Shown here one piece after another: positions 60,257 through 64,000 of a DNA stretch of 64,000 nt. Under the pieces are notes generated by a model. It was given only the letters and a program-made list of their open reading frames with translations, made no database searches and was not told the origin of the DNA. Source of the DNA: an uncultured Candidatus Saccharibacteria bacterium. GTDB taxonomy: Bacteria; Patescibacteriota; Dojkabacteria; GCA-016699595; JBAXKR01. A program made the position numbers and the translations under genes. Positions within the stretch are counted from its first letter, which is position 1. Each line of letters starts with the position of its first letter. The stretch lies in contig CAYSFE010000001.1 in assembly GCA_964430225.1 (NCBI GenBank), positions 95,668 to 159,667 on the forward strand. The letters are read 5' to 3'.

Positions 60257-61329
60257 TAGTCAATTTTGTAGTCTTCTTCTTTCAATTGTAGCTTTTTAAA
60301 TAGATCTATTTGATCTAGTACCATATTACATCCTTTGACTACAGATGTAATTGGATCTTGTGCAATATGTACAGGAGTATTAAGTTTTGATTCAAAGAAT
60401 TTATCTATACCATATAGCATGGCACCACCTCCAGCCATCATTATTCCACTTCCTAATAGATCAGATAATATTTCAGGAGGAGCTTCTTCAAGTGCTGCTT
60501 TAGCAGCAGCGGCTATTTGATTTAGTACAACAAGTAAAGCTTCTCTTACTTCACTACTACTTATCTCTATAGTCTTAGGAAGTCCTGAAAGTAAATCACG
60601 ACCAGAAACATTTGAAACCGTTTCTTTAGAGAGAGGAAATGCAGATCCAATTTTAATTTTAAGTTCCTCTGCTGTTCTCTCTCCAATTAATAGCGCATAT
60701 TTATTCTTAATATATTCTACAATAGCTTCGTCCATTTCATCTCCTGCAATCCTAATAGTTTTATCTATTACTATTCCCCCTAGAGATAATATAGCTATAT
60801 CGCTAGTTCCTCCTCCAATATCTATGATCATACATCCACGTGCTTCACTAATCTTTAGCCCTGATCCTATTGCTGCTGCTACTGGTTCTTCTATGGTGTA
60901 TGCAGCTCTTGCTCCTGCTGAAAGAGCTGCATCAATCACTGCTTTTGCTTCTACTTCAGTAACAGAAGATGGAATACCAATTACTACTCGAGGACGAGGT
61001 AATTTAAATCCTTTTGTATGTAGATGAATCTTTTCAATGAAATATTTAAGCATTGCTTCTGTAGATTCGAAGTCTTGAATTACACCATCTCTTAATGGTC
61101 TCATGGCTACAACATTTGCAGGAGTTCTACCAATCATTTTTTTTGCTTCATTACCAACAGCAAGTACTTGATTAGTATCACGATTAATAGCGACAACTGA
61201 AGGTTCTTGAGCAACAATACCAATACCTTTAACAGATACAAGTGTAGAAGAAGTACCTAAGTCTATACCGACATCATATGTGATTTTAGAAAGTATGCGG
61301 TCAATAATATTAAGATTCATAGACAGCAT
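60256..61329 (-). CDS. mreB: Rod shape-determining actin homologue MreB
   Basis: GIDLGT, EPSVVA, RPLRDGVI, EEPVAAAIG, DIGGGT, GGGA; true start may be the Met at 61320. Confidence 0.96.
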   Translation of the reverse strand: MLSMNLNIIDRILSKITYDVGIDLGTSSTLVSVKGIGIVAQEPSVVAINRDTNQVLAVGNEAKKMIGRTPANVVAMRPLRDGVIQDFESTEAMLKYFIEKIHLHTKGFKLPRPRVVIGIPSSVTEVEAKAVIDAALSAGARAAYTIEEPVAAAIGSGLKISEARGCMIIDIGGGTSDIAILSLGGIVIDKTIRIAGDEMDEAIVEYIKNKYALLIGERTAEELKIKIGSAFPLSKETVSNVSGRDLLSGLPKTIEISSSEVREALLVVLNQIAAAAKAALEEAPPEILSDLLGSGIMMAGGGAMLYGIDKFFESKLNTPVHIAQDPITSVVKGCNMVLDQIDLFKKLQLKEEDYKID

Positions 61330-61358
61330 ATATCAGAAAGGAGAAATACAATCAATGA

Positions 61359-61574
61359 TTAAGCTAAAGCTTCAGCTTTAATTTTTTTGTAGAATTTCAT
61401 AGAAACCCAGACAGTCTTTGGAGTACCATCTTCCACAATCTTAAGTCTTCTAAGATTTGGTTTCCATTTTCTTTTGGTTGCAGGTGCTCTATATTCCCAT
61501 CCACCACCGTATTGATGCTTTCTGCTATTTCCAAAAGATGTAGTTTTTCCTGTAATATAACATTCTTTTCCCAT
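61359..61574 (-). CDS. rpmB: 50S ribosomal protein bL28
   Basis: C.ITGK...GN, TKRKWKPNL; start at MGKEC. Confidence 0.92.
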   Translation of the reverse strand: MGKECYITGKTTSFGNSRKHQYGGGWEYRAPATKRKWKPNLRRLKIVEDGTPKTVWVSMKFYKKIKAEALA

Positions 61575-61688
61575 AACGAAGTAGATTGTATCGTAAATAC
61601 CACACATTTATCAAGGTGTTTCCATATATACCTTTTCAAAGGTGAATATCCTCAATATATATACATAATTAGACTAGCTAAATTCATG

Positions 61689-61716
61689 TTTACTTCATTA
61701 CCTCTAGTGGTATACT
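61689..61716 (+). promoter_or_regulatory. Promoter of the structured ncRNA
   Basis: TTTACT-N16-TATACT with extended TG, 6 nt before the 5' end of the closing stem. Confidence 0.6.
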
Positions 61717-61722
61717 TTAATT

Positions 61723-61877
61723 AGCTCTGAGGCATCGAAAACGGTCCAGTATAATAAAGACCTTAATAATAACTGAATGGGACAATGTCTTTTTGATAGA
61801 GCCTCGGTTTTATCAAGGGACGTCCCCCTTACATACGTAAGGCCTTTCAGACTGGAGAAATACTTTGCCTTGGAGCT
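61723..61877 (+). ncRNA. Rod-shaped structured RNA, probable 6S RNA
   Basis: Nested stems AGCTCTGAGGCA/TGCCTTGGAGCT, TCCAGT/ACTGGA, AAAGACCTTA/TAAGGCCTTT, GGGAC/GTCCC and a long apical stem, separated by internal bubbles. Confidence 0.65.
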
Positions 61878-61904
61878 TTCTATTCGTGTATAATGTCATT
61901 TGTC

Positions 61905-61979
61905 GCCGAAGTAGCTCAGTGGTAGAGCAACGGTTTTGTAAACCGTGGGTCGCAGGTTCAAATCCTGTCTTCGGCTCCA
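61905..61979 (+). tRNA. tRNA-Thr(TGT)
   Basis: GCCGAAG/CTTCGGC acceptor stem, ACGGT-TTTGTAA-ACCGT anticodon arm, GGTTCAAATCC, CCA encoded. Confidence 0.97.
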
Positions 61980-62030
61980 TTATTATTCTAATTCCCTATA
62001 CATATATAATTTGATAGAATACCTGTTGTT

Positions 62031-62106
62031 GCTGAAATAGCTCAGTTGGTAGAGCATTCCCATGGTAAGGGAAAGGTCTCGGGTTCAAGTCCCGATTTCA
62101 GCTCCA
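62031..62106 (+). tRNA. tRNA-Thr(GGT)
   Basis: GCTGAAA/TTTCAGC acceptor stem, TTCCC-ATGGTAA-GGGAA anticodon arm, GGTTCAAGTCC, CCA encoded. Confidence 0.97.
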
Positions 62107-62142
62107 CTTATCTCTCTCCCCTATTTTTGATATATTAATTAA

Positions 62143-63174
62143 ATGGATGGATTTGATTCAAATAAATATTTAGAGGAAGAATACAAAGCAATACTTGATC
62201 GTATTTCTAAGTTTAATGGAAAACTTTATCTTGAAATAGGGGGACAGCTTCTATTTGATAGACATGCCTCTTCTGTACTTCCTGGTTTTGATCCAACAGT
62301 TAAAGTTAAAATTCTTAAGAAATTTGACAACATTGAATTTCTTTTTTGTGTAAATTCTGAAGACTTTGTTTCAGATAGACCTCTTGAAAATGGAAGTAAA
62401 AGCTATATAGATAAGGTTCTTGAGATGATTGAGAAACTAAAAGAAACTTTTAATAACCCAATACATATTGTGGTAAACAAGATACCTCGTGATATTGAAC
62501 CATCTCCTGTAAGTGATTTCGTTTCCTTAATTAAATCAAAAGGATATTTAGTATATAAAAGATATATGATTGAGGGATATCCTCATGATACTGATAAAGT
62601 ACTTTCTTCTGATGGTTATGGACATGATGAATATATTGTTACATCTTCTAAACTAGTTGTTGTTACTGGACCTGGATCAAATAGCGGAAAACTATCTACA
62701 TGTCTTGGACAAATATATTTAGATAAATTAAAAGGTTTAGAATCTGGATATGCTAAGTATGAACTCTTCCCTATTTGGAATTTACCTCTTAATCATCCTA
62801 TTAACTTAGCATATGAAGCAGCAACTGCTGATATTGGTGACTATAATCTAGAAGATGTTAGGTATGAAAAAATAAATGGAAGGAAAGCTGTAAACTATAA
62901 TCGAGATGTAGAAGCTTTTGAAATACTTGAAAGTTTAGGAAAAAGAATAGTTTCCGAAAACAACTATATCCATACATATAGATCCCCTACTGATATGGGA
63001 ATAAATATGGCGGGTTTTTCCATAAAAGATGATAAAATATGTAGGGAGGCAGCTATCTTAGAAATAGAAAATAGATTAAAAGGATATGAAAATCTATTAA
63101 CTATTGGTAAAGGTAAGCCTGAGTGGGTTAAAAGAACTCAAGATATTTTATTAAAAGCTAAAAGTAATTTATGA
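62143..63174 (+). CDS. DUF1846-family protein (short form)
   Basis: KLYLEIGG.L.FD.HAS.VLPGF, GPGSNSGKLSTCL, GYAKYE.FPIWNLPL.HP.NLAYEAATAD, NYNRDVE, SPTDMGIN. Confidence 0.85.
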   Translation: MDGFDSNKYLEEEYKAILDRISKFNGKLYLEIGGQLLFDRHASSVLPGFDPTVKVKILKKFDNIEFLFCVNSEDFVSDRPLENGSKSYIDKVLEMIEKLKETFNNPIHIVVNKIPRDIEPSPVSDFVSLIKSKGYLVYKRYMIEGYPHDTDKVLSSDGYGHDEYIVTSSKLVVVTGPGSNSGKLSTCLGQIYLDKLKGLESGYAKYELFPIWNLPLNHPINLAYEAATADIGDYNLEDVRYEKINGRKAVNYNRDVEAFEILESLGKRIVSENNYIHTYRSPTDMGINMAGFSIKDDKICREAAILEIENRLKGYENLLTIGKGKPEWVKRTQDILLKAKSNL

Positions 63175-63914
63175 AAAGTGATCAAATAGAAGGAAGAAAT
63201 CCAGTATTAGAGGCTCTAAGAGCTAAATCTCCTTTGTCTAAAATATATTTACAAGAAGGAATTAAAAGAGATAGTAAGATTAGAGAGCTTATTCTTTTAT
63301 CCCGTAAATCTCGAATAAGACTCGACTATATAGATAAAAAGAAATTGGACCAAATGTGTCAATCCGATATTCATCAAGGAGTTATAGCTCTTCGTCCAGT
63401 TGGAAACAAGAAGGAATTAACTAATGTTCGTGATTTAATAGAGCGAGTTGAAAGTGAAAACAAAGTTCCTTTCTTTGTAATAATTCGAGATGTTTTGTAT
63501 GAACATAACTTAGGAGCTATTATTAGAACGGCAGTGAGTGCGGGGGTAAACGGAATAGTAGTACCACCTAATACCAAGTTTGGACCTGAGGTTATGAGAG
63601 CTTCAATGGGTGGATATGAGTACGCAAATATTGCTGAAGAAAATATATTTCAAGCAATTAAGACTATAAAAGAGAATGCGATTAAAGTTGTTGGAATAGA
63701 AGTAACTGCTGAAAAATATTACTATGAAGCTGATTTAACTGGTGCTTTAGCATTAATAATTGGAGGAGAAGATCACTCTTTAAGTGAGGAAATTAAGAAT
63801 AAATGTGACTTTTTTGTAAAAATTCCACTTTTGTCCCCTATTAACTCTTTGAATATGAGTGTTGCATCTGGTATAGTCATATACGACAAATTGAGGCAAG
63901 AGCTTCAGGATTAA
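63171..63914 (+). CDS. rlmB: 23S rRNA Gm2251 methyltransferase (SpoU family)
   Basis: GRNPV.EAL, HQGV, NLGAIIRTA, IGGE, SLNMSVA. Confidence 0.92.
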   Translation: MKSDQIEGRNPVLEALRAKSPLSKIYLQEGIKRDSKIRELILLSRKSRIRLDYIDKKKLDQMCQSDIHQGVIALRPVGNKKELTNVRDLIERVESENKVPFFVIIRDVLYEHNLGAIIRTAVSAGVNGIVVPPNTKFGPEVMRASMGGYEYANIAEENIFQAIKTIKENAIKVVGIEVTAEKYYYEADLTGALALIIGGEDHSLSEEIKNKCDFFVKIPLLSPINSLNMSVASGIVIYDKLRQELQD

Positions 63915-63931
63915 TTTTTTTTAAATTTTTT

Positions 63932-64000
63932 ATGGCAAAGAAAGGAAATAGAATTTTAATTAGAGTTGCAAACAAAGCTAGTGGCTCATTTTACACTACT
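63932..64000 (+). CDS. rpmG: 50S ribosomal protein bL33, truncated by window edge; not in ORF track
   Basis: MAKKGNRILIRVANKASGSFYTT..., L33 N-terminus with YTT motif. Confidence 0.8.
   Translation, partial: MAKKGNRILIRVANKASGSFYTT

Noticed and set aside
61723-61877. SRP (4.5S) RNA, tmRNA or RNase P identity for the structured RNA
   Set aside because: No SRP GGAA tetraloop with conserved internal loop, no tRNA-like ends or tag ORF, and too short for RNase P

Overview
AT-rich, gene-dense bacterial chromosome segment using the standard genetic code (TGA is used as a stop). Gene content and style point to a CPR/Patescibacteria genome, possibly Dojkabacteria-like (inference). It carries a type IV pilus locus (pilB-pilT-pilC-pilin-pilin-pilD-minor pilins) and a second pilin-paralogue cluster directly downstream of a XerC/D-like recombinase, with a holB-gyrB-x-x-gyrA block on the opposite strand between them. 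The rest is mostly housekeeping: ruvCAB, yebC, rluD, efp, dnaB, rpmE-prfA-prmC, htrA/ctpA, rpsF-ssb-rpsR, ychF, AMP phosphorylase, dnaX-ybaB-recR, rpsB-tsf-frr-rseP-rpsU, mreBCD-PBP2-dprA, rpmB, rlmB and rpmG, plus three tRNAs. No CRISPR array, IS element or prophage was seen. The most notable signals are: (i) most genes lack Shine-Dalgarno sequences but rpsU and tsf have strong ones, recalling bS21/anti-SD autoregulation in Bacteroidota; (ii) an unannotated 155-nt rod-shaped 6S-like RNA with its own promoter; (iii) a diversified pilin family, including a membrane-anchored, apparently non-cleavable paralogue next to the recombinase; (iv) orphan or paralogous proteins and a small ORF missed by the track. 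All protein calls come from motif recognition by eye, not from database searches.
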